Positions 43,616 to 55,241 of a DNA stretch of 64,000 bases are shown piece by piece. The position numbers were made by a program, and so were the translations under genes. The DNA is from Salisapilia sapeloensis CBS 127946. Its lineage: Eukaryota; Protista; Oomycota. The notes beneath the pieces are model-generated. The model saw only the letters and a program-made list of their open reading frames with translations. It did no database searches and had not been told where the DNA came from. The stretch covers positions 6,212 to 70,211 of the forward strand of contig JAADVB010000079.1 of assembly GCA_023334545.1 (NCBI GenBank). The letters are read 5' to 3'. The first letter of the stretch is position 1. Every line of letters starts with the position of its first letter.

Positions 43616-46600
43616 ATGAGCGCGCCGTCGTCTCGGAATATATCGAAAATGAACACGAGCGCCTCTCGTAATACTCGTCGAGACATCAGTGCTTCACGGT
43701 CAAGAGTGTTCGGTGCGTCGTCTCTGTCGAATTCCAGTCGACTTAAAGTCCCAGGTGGCGCATCCGGTGCAGGAGATGCCAAATCCAAACGGATATTCGT
43801 GGATGGTGTGGATGTGACGCCCCAATCTCTACTTTTAAGTCGCATTAAGCCGTCCTATTCGACAGCTCCGCGACGGCAGAAAGGAAAAGGAGATAGCCGA
43901 TATTCAAATCGTTCGAAAGCCCAGTTTGGTGGGAGCGGAGTTCCTGGGGCAAGCATGGCCTTGAGTAATATGTCCTCCACTTCCATTGAATATGACTCTG
44001 CAGAGGATGATCCTGTCTCCGCCAGGAGCGGTGCTGGATCCAACGCCTCAGCGTTGGGGCCGATCTCAAATAAGCAGGAAGTGCCTTTGAAGGAGGAGCC
44101 ATTGCCGTCAAAAGCCATTCTCCAAGACAAGCACAATTTGGAAGAAGAGGACGAGGATAAGGAGGTTGTGCCAACTGCCGACAAGGATGATCTTGCAACC
44201 GCAAAAGCGTCCGAAGGTGGACGTTTGTCTACCGTCGAGAAGACCGTCGTTCAAGCCGTAGCGAGGCAGCCTATCACAATTCGATTAGAGGAATCGCCAA
44301 CGGAAATGCTCTTCGAGCTCCTAAGTGTCTGTGTCAATCAGGAAGTAAATACACGATGCCAGGCCGTCACACTTCGCAATAAGAGGTATACAGAGCTATG
44401 TGAATCAAAGAAGGGAAGTGACAAGTACATCTTCGGGTCCAGTCAGACGATACAGCTAGCGCACAAGTCCAAGGAGGTCATGACGGCTCCTCCAGCAACA
44501 AGAGACGTCGCAAGTATCGCTACGGATTGGGACATATACGATTGTGCATCAACTGAGGAAGACACTACAGTCGACCGGGATGAAGTGCAGTCAGCTGAAA
44601 GAACAAGTGCTCGGAAAGGAGACACAAGAGAGTCGGATCCAGCTGACAGACACATCCAGCATCAAGTGGAAGAGATTGTCGAAGCAGCACTTGTGTCTCC
44701 TGGATGTGTACTCGACTTGGACCGTGACATCGTGGAAGACCTCAAAGCTCGCCAACGACAACGACGATCCAAGCATAAAAAAAGACCCTCCAACCCATTC
44801 CATTCAGGCGCTCTTTCGTCCAACTTAAGTCAAAAGACAAGGATCGTGCATAGCAAGCAAGACATTGGGCGGTCCTCTGCGAATCCGTTTTCCACTTCCA
44901 ACTCTTCCATGGTCTCTCCATCTCAAAGTGGAGCGAGCATGTCCTTGACTGCGTCACAAGATGTCAATGGCATTGGTGATAGTGGAAATTCGATCACCCA
45001 CGGTGCGAGTCAGATGGGTTTCAGTACCACCTCCCAATCCAAACTCAGCGCCGGTAGTAGTGGCGATGGCATGCACACAAACGCTTATGCTCGAGCTAAC
45101 ACGAATGTGGACATCCAGGAGATTGTATCACAGCAACGCACGGCCAAGGTGCTTGAATCGGACTCTCTCTTACGTACACTTCAAATTGTAGAGCGAGCGG
45201 TCCAACAGAACGTATATCATCGAGAACACTTGCTATATCGTGACCTGCCGTTCCTAGAAAATGAAAATGAAAAGCCTAGAATGTTGACGAAAGTTGCGTC
45301 TCAGCATAGTCTACACGAAGAATCTGACGGTAGTGTGGAAGAAGCTGGTGACACGCCCGTGCTGGAAACGCTGTGGAGCTTTAAGTGTGAGCTGACAACG
45401 GGATATGCTGTTTCCTCGTTTGCATGGAATAGCGCGAATCCAGATTTGCTGGCAGTCGCCTATTCTCGAGGCAATCTGTTGCGCCCAACAAACAAGCCTC
45501 AGCAAAATCCTACGGCGACTGAGGCGGTATCCAAGCAGAGCGGACTCGTCCTCTTCTGGTCATTAAAGAATCCTGAATTCCCCGAACGCGTCTATCATTT
45601 TCCCACCGTCGGTATCTCCTCAATTGACTTTGGTAAGTCGAGTCCAAACTTACTTGCTGTCGGACGTGCTGATGGCGTTGTCGCCATCTACGACACTCGG
45701 AAGATTGAGACTTCCAGTGATTCAAAGAAAGAAAACGCGAGCAGTGAAGAGGCTACAACCAATGCACTTCCAATCGCCACTTCTGTCGCCACGAGTGAAA
45801 TGTCCAGTGGACAGCACTTGGATGCAGTGTGGCAAGTGCGGTGGACGAATAAAGGAGCTGATAGAGCAGAAAATGTCGTGAGTATCTCGAGTGATGGACG
45901 AGTGACAGAGTGGAGTTTAAAAAAGGGGCTCACTTGCAGTGACTTGATGACACTCAAGCGCGTTCCGAACCAACTCCTAGGGTCTGATGCATGCGCGGAT
46001 GGTGTCATATCGAGGCAAGCGAGTGGAAGTTGTATTGACTTTTCGCCGTCAGACACGTCCATCTACTACGTCGGGACAGAGCACGGACTCATCCACAAAT
46101 GCTCCATGTCGTACAGTGAGCAGTATCTGAACAACTACTTTGGCCATACCGGACCCGTATACCAGCTCCTTGTCTCTCCTTTTTCAAGCGATTATTTTTT
46201 ATCTTGTGCAGGCGACTGGGATGTCAAGATGTGGCACCAGAAAAAAACGAACGAGATTTTAAACTTCCGATCCGTCGGAAGTGCCCATGCTGTGCATAGC
46301 ATTGCCTGGAGTCCAACGAATGCTACGATCTTTGCAGCCGTTTCGAAAGATGCACGCATTGAAATTTGGGATCTTGCACACTCGGTTCTTGATCCTATCA
46401 TCACTCATTTCCCAAAGCAAATAAGTTCCTCAAAGCACCGTTTCACCTCAACAAATAGCATCGATAATGAGATACCTAGAACGCCAGAGAGCTTGTCGAC
46501 GGATGACCTGATGGAGGACAATGCAGCCGAAAATCCCATGGAAAACCCGACAGAGTTCAATCAAATACCCGAAGGTGCGATAGCAGGAGGCTCGTTGGAA

Positions 46601-46771
46601 TGCACGAAAGTGACCTTTGCTCCCGCAGCACCGGTCATTGTAGTCGGTGACTCACATGGCGAAATTACAGTATATCGTGTACCCTCCTTGTCCGGGGAGC
46701 ACAGCGCAAGTCGAGAGGAGCAGCTCGTGCGCTTACAACGTGCAATTGACTCCACGAAACATGAACAATAA
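43616..46771 (+). CDS. DNAI4: WD40 axonemal dynein intermediate chain, WDR78/DNAI4 (IC138)-like
   Basis: DGVDVTP, IVERAVQQN, LWSF, FWSLKNP.FPER, VWQVRW, ISSDGRV.EW, ISRQASG.C.DF, GLIHKCS.SYSEQYL..Y.GH.GPVY. Confidence 0.85.
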   Translation: MSAPSSRNISKMNTSASRNTRRDISASRSRVFGASSLSNSSRLKVPGGASGAGDAKSKRIFVDGVDVTPQSLLLSRIKPSYSTAPRRQKGKGDSRYSNRSKAQFGGSGVPGASMALSNMSSTSIEYDSAEDDPVSARSGAGSNASALGPISNKQEVPLKEEPLPSKAILQDKHNLEEEDEDKEVVPTADKDDLATAKASEGGRLSTVEKTVVQAVARQPITIRLEESPTEMLFELLSVCVNQEVNTRCQAVTLRNKRYTELCESKKGSDKYIFGSSQTIQLAHKSKEVMTAPPATRDVASIATDWDIYDCASTEEDTTVDRDEVQSAERTSARKGDTRESDPADRHIQHQVEEIVEAALVSPGCVLDLDRDIVEDLKARQRQRRSKHKKRPSNPFHSGALSSNLSQKTRIVHSKQDIGRSSANPFSTSNSSMVSPSQSGASMSLTASQDVNGIGDSGNSITHGASQMGFSTTSQSKLSAGSSGDGMHTNAYARANTNVDIQEIVSQQRTAKVLESDSLLRTLQIVERAVQQNVYHREHLLYRDLPFLENENEKPRMLTKVASQHSLHEESDGSVEEAGDTPVLETLWSFKCELTTGYAVSSFAWNSANPDLLAVAYSRGNLLRPTNKPQQNPTATEAVSKQSGLVLFWSLKNPEFPERVYHFPTVGISSIDFGKSSPNLLAVGRADGVVAIYDTRKIETSSDSKKENASSEEATTNALPIATSVATSEMSSGQHLDAVWQVRWTNKGADRAENVVSISSDGRVTEWSLKKGLTCSDLMTLKRVPNQLLGSDACADGVISRQASGSCIDFSPSDTSIYYVGTEHGLIHKCSMSYSEQYLNNYFGHTGPVYQLLVSPFSSDYFLSCAGDWDVKMWHQKKTNEILNFRSVGSAHAVHSIAWSPTNATIFAAVSKDARIEIWDLAHSVLDPIITHFPKQISSSKHRFTSTNSIDNEIPRTPESLSTDDLMEDNAAENPMENPTEFNQIPEGAIAGGSLECTKVTFAPAAPVIVVGDSHGEITVYRVPSLSGEHSASREEQLVRLQRAIDSTKHEQ

Positions 46772-46967
46772 CCATTCTATCACATACCCCATGTTTACTT
46801 TATTTTATGCGCAAGTATATCTTTCTAGGCCTGGCTATTCGTCGCGATGAAGGAAGGATCAGTACACTATAATGCTAGTAGAGTAATTCCGAGTTTTGAT
46901 TTTTTGTCGATTTCTATATGTCATCGTTTGACAAGTATCACTCCGCGATATGCGTCTCCAGAGGTGA

Positions 46968-47460
46968 TTTTTTTCGAAATGAAAAGATCTATTACATAGG
47001 TGCTTATCTACAAGTCTAAATAAGTGAACGTTAATAGCCGCTGGGAGCTACTGGAAGTAATCCAAACAACATCCGACAAACAGGACACGGCCGAGCTAAG
47101 TAGTGGACTGAATGGAATCAGGTATACCCAGTGGGCGCTACCGGTGCCAGTGTCTTACCTCATTCTAAAGTAAGGTCTGAATGGCAGCAAGTTCAGATCT
47201 TGAGTCAGTAGTGAGCGTTCCAAGCTTCTTTTAGTATCTATTGCGATGTTGACTGCATGATCCGCTTTTTTATCGAAGGCACGAAGATGATGCATCCAGG
47301 GGAGCACAGGCACTGATAATATGGCTGTTTGAGACGCGAAGGCTTTGGTGCCACCGACGTTTAAGCTGGCGAAGAATAATCTCGCTGTCGCCGACAACGT
47401 GTATGGTGTAGTTGAAGTGTCTTAGCCGCTTTTAGTTCAGTTAATAGGCCGCGGCTGACT
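46968..47460 (-). mobile_element. Fossil 3' end of an RNase H-encoding retrotransposon (probably non-LTR), copy 1
   Basis: Frameshifted GLLTELKAA / HVVGDSEIILRQL / WMHHLRAFDKKADHAVNIAIDT / NEVRHWHR*RPLGIPD, then GGCTATTAACGTTCAC..ATGTAATAGATC and an A7 tract. Confidence 0.75.
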
Positions 47461-47839
47461 GACAGGTACATACGTCCTAGATACTCAAGCTGAATCAAAA
47501 ATAGCAAATTAATCAAAATCTATCTTAAGCATAATTCTAGTTCGCTTAAATTGAGATCTACATCAATTCGTTGAAAACATGCGAGGGTGGTTAGCTTGAG
47601 CTCCTTATCATAAGGATCGGATGAAACTCTTGTACTGTGTTTTTAAGTGCGCTACAACATAGTTAAGGCTAAAAATAATCTAATGCATGCGATCGAATCA
47701 AAACCACCAAAAACGGATGCAATTGTGCACTCTTCGAGCGTCAGTTCCCAGAGAGTGTAAGAAAATCTTGAAAATACAAGCGTAAATCATCCAACCTACG
47801 CACGCATCAATTGTTACGCTGATCTCACGCGAAGCTATC

Positions 47840-50016
47840 ATGAAGTCTTCCAATCGTAACAGCGTCATCTTCATGATTTTGTTCACGGCCTTCCTGGCCT
47901 TCATGGATATAAAAGACTTGTATTACAAGATCATCATGACAGGGCCCATGGAAATAGGCAACTGGGCTTTTGCCGGCGATACCACTGAGACAGTGTCGGA
48001 TGTTGATCTGACGCAAGTGCTGCGTAAAAACAATGGAACGAGAATTTATTCGCATAATATGTGGAATGCTTTGGCAACGCGGTGCGACTCGCTCAACATC
48101 GGGAAGCTCGATGGTAAGTACGCGCATGTTGGAGCTCTTGGTACGGGGTGCATCATTGACGGGGTGAAACAAGACCGAGAGATCGTATTTATGGGTAGTT
48201 TGCGTGCAGATGACGTTGTGGCAATTGCTAGTATAATTGGCACTGCAATCCGCCATCCATTGAAGCAGAAGACTTGGTACACAGAGGTGTGGGCATATAA
48301 TTTCGACCTGCCGGAAACTACCTTTGTGGACGAGGCAAAGGCCATGATTCAACCCGAGCATATACCACAGCTTAAAACAACGCTCGATGTGATCTATAAA
48401 AATTTCGCTGATGATCCTGTCGTATGGGAGGCGGCTATGTGCTACGAGATGATGGAAATGCCTGAAATTGGTGAAGTTAAAGCTGACATTTCCCCTGTTG
48501 AATTTGGCTGCATTTGGACTGATGAAAACGATGAAAATCTGCGGACAGCCTACGTTCCACCGACCTTAGGCAAGTACTTTCATCACTACGTTGAACGAAT
48601 TGGATTGCTGTGGCATACCGTCGACTTGCTCCACATTGGCCGAATTCATTTGCGAAACACAGTTGGCTTTGTCGCGCAATACACGCTTGACCGGACAGCA
48701 AAGGCAAATGGGGGAGAAGACAAAATCAAAGTTGTACTGAAGATAGATATCTCTATGGATGGCGTCCTCTACTATGCTATTATCTTGATCGAAATCATGA
48801 TTGCATATATTAACATTGGAGATACATGCACTGTGGCCTTCCTTGTCATCCGTCCACTTGTATTGTCGAGTCAAAAGAGCAGTGTGTCTGCATATTCACA
48901 AAAGGCAACGCATGTAAGCACTCAGAAAACCTCTGAGAATGCGAATGAAATGAACAAAGGAAGTACTCAAACAGGAAGTGCAACGACAAAACAGAGCAAA
49001 GACGAGCTTTCTCTCGCCTTATTGTACACAGATCTCAGCTCCGTTACCTTTCATAACCGTCTACTCGATACGCTACTCGTTATCGATACTTTCGGCTCAT
49101 GGCTATATATTATACCTAGTTCGACGATCATTGCTTGGTCCACAAACTTTTTCCAGTTGTCTAGTGCTGTCTTGAGTAACTTTCGCATATGGCCAGTGGT
49201 CCTTATCGTCATTAACAACCTCTGGAGATGGACAGCGGTTTTACTCAATGAGAGACTAGCAGCAGTAATCACGGAGTTTACCTACATTACGTCATTTGAA
49301 GTCATGTGCGCGACACTCTTGGCTGTCTATCTAGAGTACGACAACATTCTCATAGCCAATCTTATCAAGTGGGTAAGTACTTTTGACATTGTTTCCCGAT
49401 GACTACATACCCACTAAACGCATATCTTAACTAGGGAATAGCAGACCGTCAGCGAGTGATGGTTGAGACGGCAAACGGTATTGTTTCTTTCTACCCGTGC
49501 TTTACTCGCTATAGTTACGGAGACCGATCGATGGACAGTGCCGGAATGAATGTGTTGTATTCGCCCTTGATGAGTATTCTCTCTCATGCAGTAGGATTCA
49601 GCATACTGATTGGTGTTATCAAGGGTATGTACTACGCGGGTAAGGCTCACTTTAAAGGTACCCTGGTGAAAGATGTGATGATGCTCTGGCGTACATATCG
49701 ACGCAACTCGATCGAAGTGTACATGAACGACCCGATCCGCGCGAAAGCCATCGTGCGTTCGCAGAAGCAAATGGGCTACAGACTTGGAAACTCGGTCTAT
49801 ATCCGTCCATTCGTTTACCTCGAGCAAAACTACAATATTGACAACGGCAAATTCTGTCGACGGCCATTAATCCCGTTCACAACCACTGACATGGATAAAT
49901 CATCGGTTGAAGTGGATGCAAATGCTTATACCATCCATGGAGTCGTTAAAGATAATCAATCTGACAAAATTAAACGCAAGCGTCAGGATAAAGACAACCA
50001 GATCCCTTTAAGCTAG
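47840..50016 (+). CDS. Oomycete-type transmembrane protein of unknown function; 2 exons (47840-49372, 49435-50016)
   Basis: A 62-nt GTAAGT..TAG intron joins KW|GIADRQR. N-terminal hydrophobic anchor, several C-terminal TM segments, RPFVYLE motif. Confidence 0.78.
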
Positions 50017-50303
50017 AGATGTTCGTCTATGACGGTTCCTATGCACGTAGCTATCGCTTCGAAAACTGTGGATTTATTCTTCGTCGCTGGTCTAGTACTG
50101 GAAGTAGAAGTAAAGCAATATAGCACAAACTTACGATAACAATCACTTTGCCGGGACATCGATAATATGGTTATAGACTCTAAATAAAAGCGTATTTGTG
50201 ATGCACATTTCGATGCTCCCATTTCTTCGTGTAGATTGAAAGTCGATTTTTCTCTATTCTATTTACAGATGACCTTGTTGTAGATTGATAAGCGCGAACA
50301 AGT

Positions 50304-50320
50304 GCGGATTTTAAATCCGC
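50304..50320. repeat. 17-bp quasi-palindrome GCGGATTT-T-AAATCCGC
   Basis: Perfect 8-bp inverted arms around a single base in intergenic DNA. Confidence 0.55.
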
Positions 50321-50836
50321 CTCTTTTGGTAATTCCAGAAATGCGTTTTTAATGAGATGCTAGGAAAGGAGATAGAAGGCTATGGATGAGGTGAAAAACT
50401 TTGGATAGAGAAACTTTGCTAATATTCGTGCCAGCGAAATGTGGTCAATCACAAGACATTCCTTTCAAAATCGCGAGACAGATCGCTCTCTTTGCTACCA
50501 CTTGACTCGTCCTCTGACGGATTATTTCGGACACCGATGGCTGCTTTTGCAACCCACTGGACGTATCCACTGATTCATTTTCTCCCGTCCGAAATATGTA
50601 CGCCAGTCAACAATCATACAAACTCCGTGTCCGACGTCGACCAAACGACCTTCGTTCTTCATCTTTCCACTGGAGCACTTGACCACGTCACTCAAGCTTC
50701 TTACGCCAAACACGAGCAACAGATCAAAGTTTCACTTTCTATAAGCCATATCCTCTCCGTTGTCCAGCTGACGATCCGACAAGTGGTTCACCGCACGAGA
50801 CTCTATTCAAACTGTAAACCAAAGTACTGTATCGAA

Positions 50837-51325
50837 ATGGACGGCAAGACAACCAGGCCAAAGCTAGCGCCGAGCACGGAGACACCGATGGAGCAAGCTC
50901 CGCCTTCATCTAGTTCTGGTCCCCTACCACCGCCAGCTGCGACTGGAGCTTCAGCCAACTCGGGGAAACCAAAGATTCCTCGTCAATCGCGAAAAGTAAT
51001 CTTAAAAAAAGAGGTGAATCGTCTTCAAGATATCGTCAATGACATGCAAGATCAAGTGACCACTGCATCAACTGGTATTCAGGAGCTCAAGAGCCTAGTC
51101 TCGCAACTTCATCCACCGAGCCAACAGTATGGCACTTTATCGTTGGAGTACTACGATGAGAGCGATGATGTGCATGCGTTCTCGTTTTTGCCTTCGGAAG
51201 CCTCCATTCCAGTTCCGGATTTTGCGGAAGAACAAGTGGAGTTGGGACCAGCGCCGAATGAGATGGTGACCAATGTGGAAGAAGGCTCTCTCGACTACAA
51301 TTTTAGGGATTCGAGGACGTTGTAA
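50837..51325 (+). CDS. Small hypothetical protein with a basic region plus coiled coil (bZIP-like)
   Basis: Pro/Ser-rich N-terminus, KPKIPRQSRKVILKKEVNRLQDIVNDMQDQV, acidic tail. The frame is open upstream to 50441 (alternative ATG at 50537). Confidence 0.55.
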   Translation: MDGKTTRPKLAPSTETPMEQAPPSSSSGPLPPPAATGASANSGKPKIPRQSRKVILKKEVNRLQDIVNDMQDQVTTASTGIQELKSLVSQLHPPSQQYGTLSLEYYDESDDVHAFSFLPSEASIPVPDFAEEQVELGPAPNEMVTNVEEGSLDYNFRDSRTL

Positions 51326-52473
51326 AACGTACTGCCGAGCTCTTCTTTTCAGGGTAGCAATGCAAAATGGTCGATTTGATTCTCATCCGCGGAAGAAGTT
51401 TATTGCGATCTGCATGTACCGTTTGTATAGATTACAAAAATAACAATTGTGCCTATGTATTTCTCATTGGGTACCTTGTTTCTCAAAATGGAGAGAAGTG
51501 GTAAGAGAGGCAAGTCTCTGGATAGTATGGTACAAGTCAAGTTTCATACATGCAAAGAGAAGAATGATTAAAAACTTGTGTTCATTTCGCATTGCAGCAC
51601 GTTCGTTACTTTGTGATTGTAAAGTGATGCTCTTCTTCTATGTGGTACAACCACAGATGTTCGGATCAAGACGAACATGTTAAGCAGAGGCGTATGTTTA
51701 ACATACCTTAGCCTTTCGAAAACATGTCTAGCACAAGACACGATTTCTTCTTGGGCAACCACAGCGTCGCGGTTATGATCGAAATACGACGACCGATCTC
51801 GGCGGAAGGATTTTAAATATTTTATGGACACTTCTCATTTTCCAATCTTCATTAAGCTTCGTAGCTTCAATGAAGTATAAATGCCATATATATCCGAAGG
51901 ATACAGAATTGAGCTACACATCACATCTCACTATATTTCATAGTCCATTAGTGCATTATGTTTTGATGCACCAGCTTTTAAATGCGATTAGTAGCTGCAA
52001 GAGGTGCAAAATCGATAAAAAAAACCTTAAGATTGTCGAAGCGGCTGGATAACGTTTGTACTTGGCCATCGCTTCCCTCGACTTGTATGGCTAGAAGACA
52101 CGATTTCCCGCGTACTCAAAATAACAATACATATTTGCTTGACCGTATGGAGCTCAGGAGAGTGTACAGAAATGGCAGTGCATTAAAACTACGATCTAAT
52201 CTTTGTTTGGATTCTAAGTAAAAGTATCGAGGGGATGCTAAGAAGAGATTGCGTCAATGCAAACAAACATGTATGACCACGATGACGTTATCGTCAAGTA
52301 AGTTAGAACGAGACGTAAGGGTAATTGAGTCGGTGTTTATCATTTTGAACACTACACAACGATCATCGGATATCATGCTCGCGCTTGCTGCTTACTTGGA
52401 AAATGTTACATATTTCTTTTGTGGCTCTATTATATTTTGAGTGATTTGACTGTATATATTTGCTTACAACCTC

Positions 52474-52750
52474 GGTCTATTTCATTACATTATTATCTAC
52501 CTAATGTGAGCGCTAATAGCCGTTAAGAGAAACCCTGTTAGTGAAGGACAGGGACCTCTCGTGACGAGTGAAAACCTAACTCAAATGTTCTGATTGCAGT
52601 TCCTGTGAACCAAGTGGTCCACATCGATACCACTGTCTAGTCTCGTCGGACAAGTGAGCAAGGATATTGGACACATGGGATCCTGAAGACTGTCCAGATG
52701 CGACTTGACTATATTCTTTTTATCTCGAAGAGCAGCACCTGGATACATTG
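52474..52750 (-). mobile_element. Fossil 3' end of the same retrotransposon family, copy 2 (most decayed)
   Basis: HLSDETRQWYRCGPLG followed about 100 nt later by GGCTATTAGCGCTCAC..TAGATAA..AATAGACC. Confidence 0.6.
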
Positions 52751-54109
52751 GTGTTTTCAGATCAAAAACTTAAATTCTAGCATTCAAAACTAAGTAACTC
52801 ACTGACTTAGACTATCAGCACTGATAATTGAGCGCGGATGTATAGTTGCTGTGTGGGAGCGTTGTGCCACAGCTCCACACCATCCATCAGAAACGTGCAG
52901 TTTATTTTGCTATTCAATCCTCTACTTTTAGGTCTCGTTCGAAAGGTAGCTTGAACACCTTCACTTTAGTAATAACGAACTAGTGATGCTCATACTAGAG
53001 GATAACTCGGAAATCATCAGTCTACGCTGAAAAAAGCAGGAAACATATGCATTCGATCGGCTTACAATGCTGCTCAAATGCTAGCTTCCCTTGCCAGGAT
53101 CTCACGATGAGCACATTCTCTCTTCTCGAGTATATTGTCCTGATCTTTAAAGCAAACAGTTCTATTCTCGCAATGACCGGGAAAACAACTATGAACAACT
53201 TCAAGTAACAAAATTATCTACGATACAGAATTATTAGTGTTTGAGACGAAGCCATATGCGTAAGAGATAGCGAAATTTTGTTTCCCATTTCATCAACACA
53301 CAAGGGGAAATTGGAAATGCTGAACGTTGCAAGGAAATATTTAGGGGTTGATTGCGTGTGGGTATGCTATTATATAAATGAATAGCCTTAGGGATCACTC
53401 CATATGCCCCGTACGCTATATCGTGCGGTTGTTTTTAGAATATACCTTTTACTCTATCGCCGCTCAATTTGCTCTCGTGTCTGTATTTTATTTCCTCCAG
53501 CTCTACCATATCATTAGACGGGATCAAAGTTTGGAGACCATGCAGAAATTGCCAGCAGTTTGTGTCCATGACTATCTTTACCGGCCTGCAGAATTATCTG
53601 ATCTTTTAGATGATCAACGTCGAATATTTACATGACAACTAGCTCCGAAGCTAGCTGATTCGGATAATACGATGAAGAATTATACGAATCGGACGCCCAA
53701 AACATCAGTGCTCATGGCATTAATTTATAAGACGAGTTTTGACAACTTTGCAACCACCAAGCAAAGTCCTGATGAGGAAAATAGGAATGGCTGAATACTT
53801 GAACTTACAAAGTGTAGAGAAAGAGGGAGAATGTACATCCGCTCGTCAAGTCATCCAGTGCGGAATAATGCTTTGACACTGATATCAAATTGATTAAGCA
53901 TTTTCAAGAATCACTCTGAGCTCTAACCCGAAGGAGGTAATATTCGATATTTATCTTTTGTCAATGCATGAAAACTATTGATCCATCTTCGGTGAGGTAC
54001 TTTTATTTGCGTTCTCTTGAATACTTTCTCACCTGGCGTAATTGTGTACAAACAATGTTTAAAAACACACAAGGCTTAATTAGCGAAGGAAAAATAAGAA
54101 CCAAGTATT

Positions 54110-54445
54110 CACCTTTCATACCACCTACATGTTTACAACAAAACGGCCGGTCATGCAGCTAATGCGGATATGGACACTCCAGCAAGTTTCCAGACGCTTG
54201 CTACGGATTTACGACCGGAATTGGAGGCAGTCCAGAACTTCCGGATGACATCAGACAATGGTATAGGTACGGGCCATTAGGCATACCCGACGCCCCTGCG
54301 TCCACCACTCACTAGGCTTTCTCTCTCTTGTTCGCCAGGAGCTATCTGCAGAAAGCAGATAACTCCCACTGGCTATTAACATTCACTAGGTCTAGGCACC
54401 TAGGTAACGCAGCTATGTAATAGATCGTGTTTCAGAACAAAAAAA
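54110..54445 (+). mobile_element. Fossil 3' end of the same retrotransposon family, copy 3
   Basis: HLHVYNKTAGHAANADMDT..RPELEAV / LPDDIRQWYRYGPLGIPD, then GGCTATTAACATTCAC..ATGTAATAGATC and AACAAAAAAA. Confidence 0.72.
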
Positions 54446-55241
54446 GTATTCACCCTTTGTGTTCGAAACGAATACTATTATGCTTATTTACAAAAGAGCT
54501 TTCTGAGCGAAACCTATTTGATTAAAATTTTTGTGCATAGTGCATTTGAAAAGCACATGCAAGGAACGCTTGCATCTTGCACTCAAATCTAGCACAATCT
54601 TCATGGTTTTCACATAGCCTGCCCTCCTTTCTACAGCTGTATTGGTAGACATACTTTAATTGTCGCAAAGGGTCTCTAGCTTTAACAACACATGTGTGTA
54701 CTGCGATGTCAGGTACAGGTCGTACTGATACAGCTAGCTACGTTCAGGATGATACAGACACCTGCCACTTTGCATAGCATAATGCACTTTTATTCAGTAT
54801 GCTTTACTATGTCGCAACTGTAGTCGGATCTAAGCTATATGCCAAAAGGAATATACTATATTTTATGTTTAGGCTTGCTGTTAACCAAAGACATGCATGT
54901 TGACAACTCTGAACATATAGGAGTTCGAAGGAATTATAAAGTCTAGGCATATTGACACGATGCTACCTTTGAACGCAGCAATTTAAACGAATTAATGTCA
55001 TTCCATACTGGTAGAGAGTGTAATATTTTATTTTCTATGCTCGGATAAACCCCCGATTCGGAGCTCAACTTGGAAACGACTGTGGATGATTCAAGTATGA
55101 TGCAATCGTACTTTATTGAAAGCTGACTTGTACCTTTTCTAATTAATGCAGACGTAATAAAGGGGTGTTTTTGCTCTTTCCACGATGCAAAAGACACACA
55201 ATATACCTGCCAAACGAAATTCAGTTTAACACAATCACAGC

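Noticed and set aside
51568-51831. Minus-strand 87-aa ORF with a possible 69-nt intron
   Set aside because: No ATG start, no recognisable domain and no supporting context.
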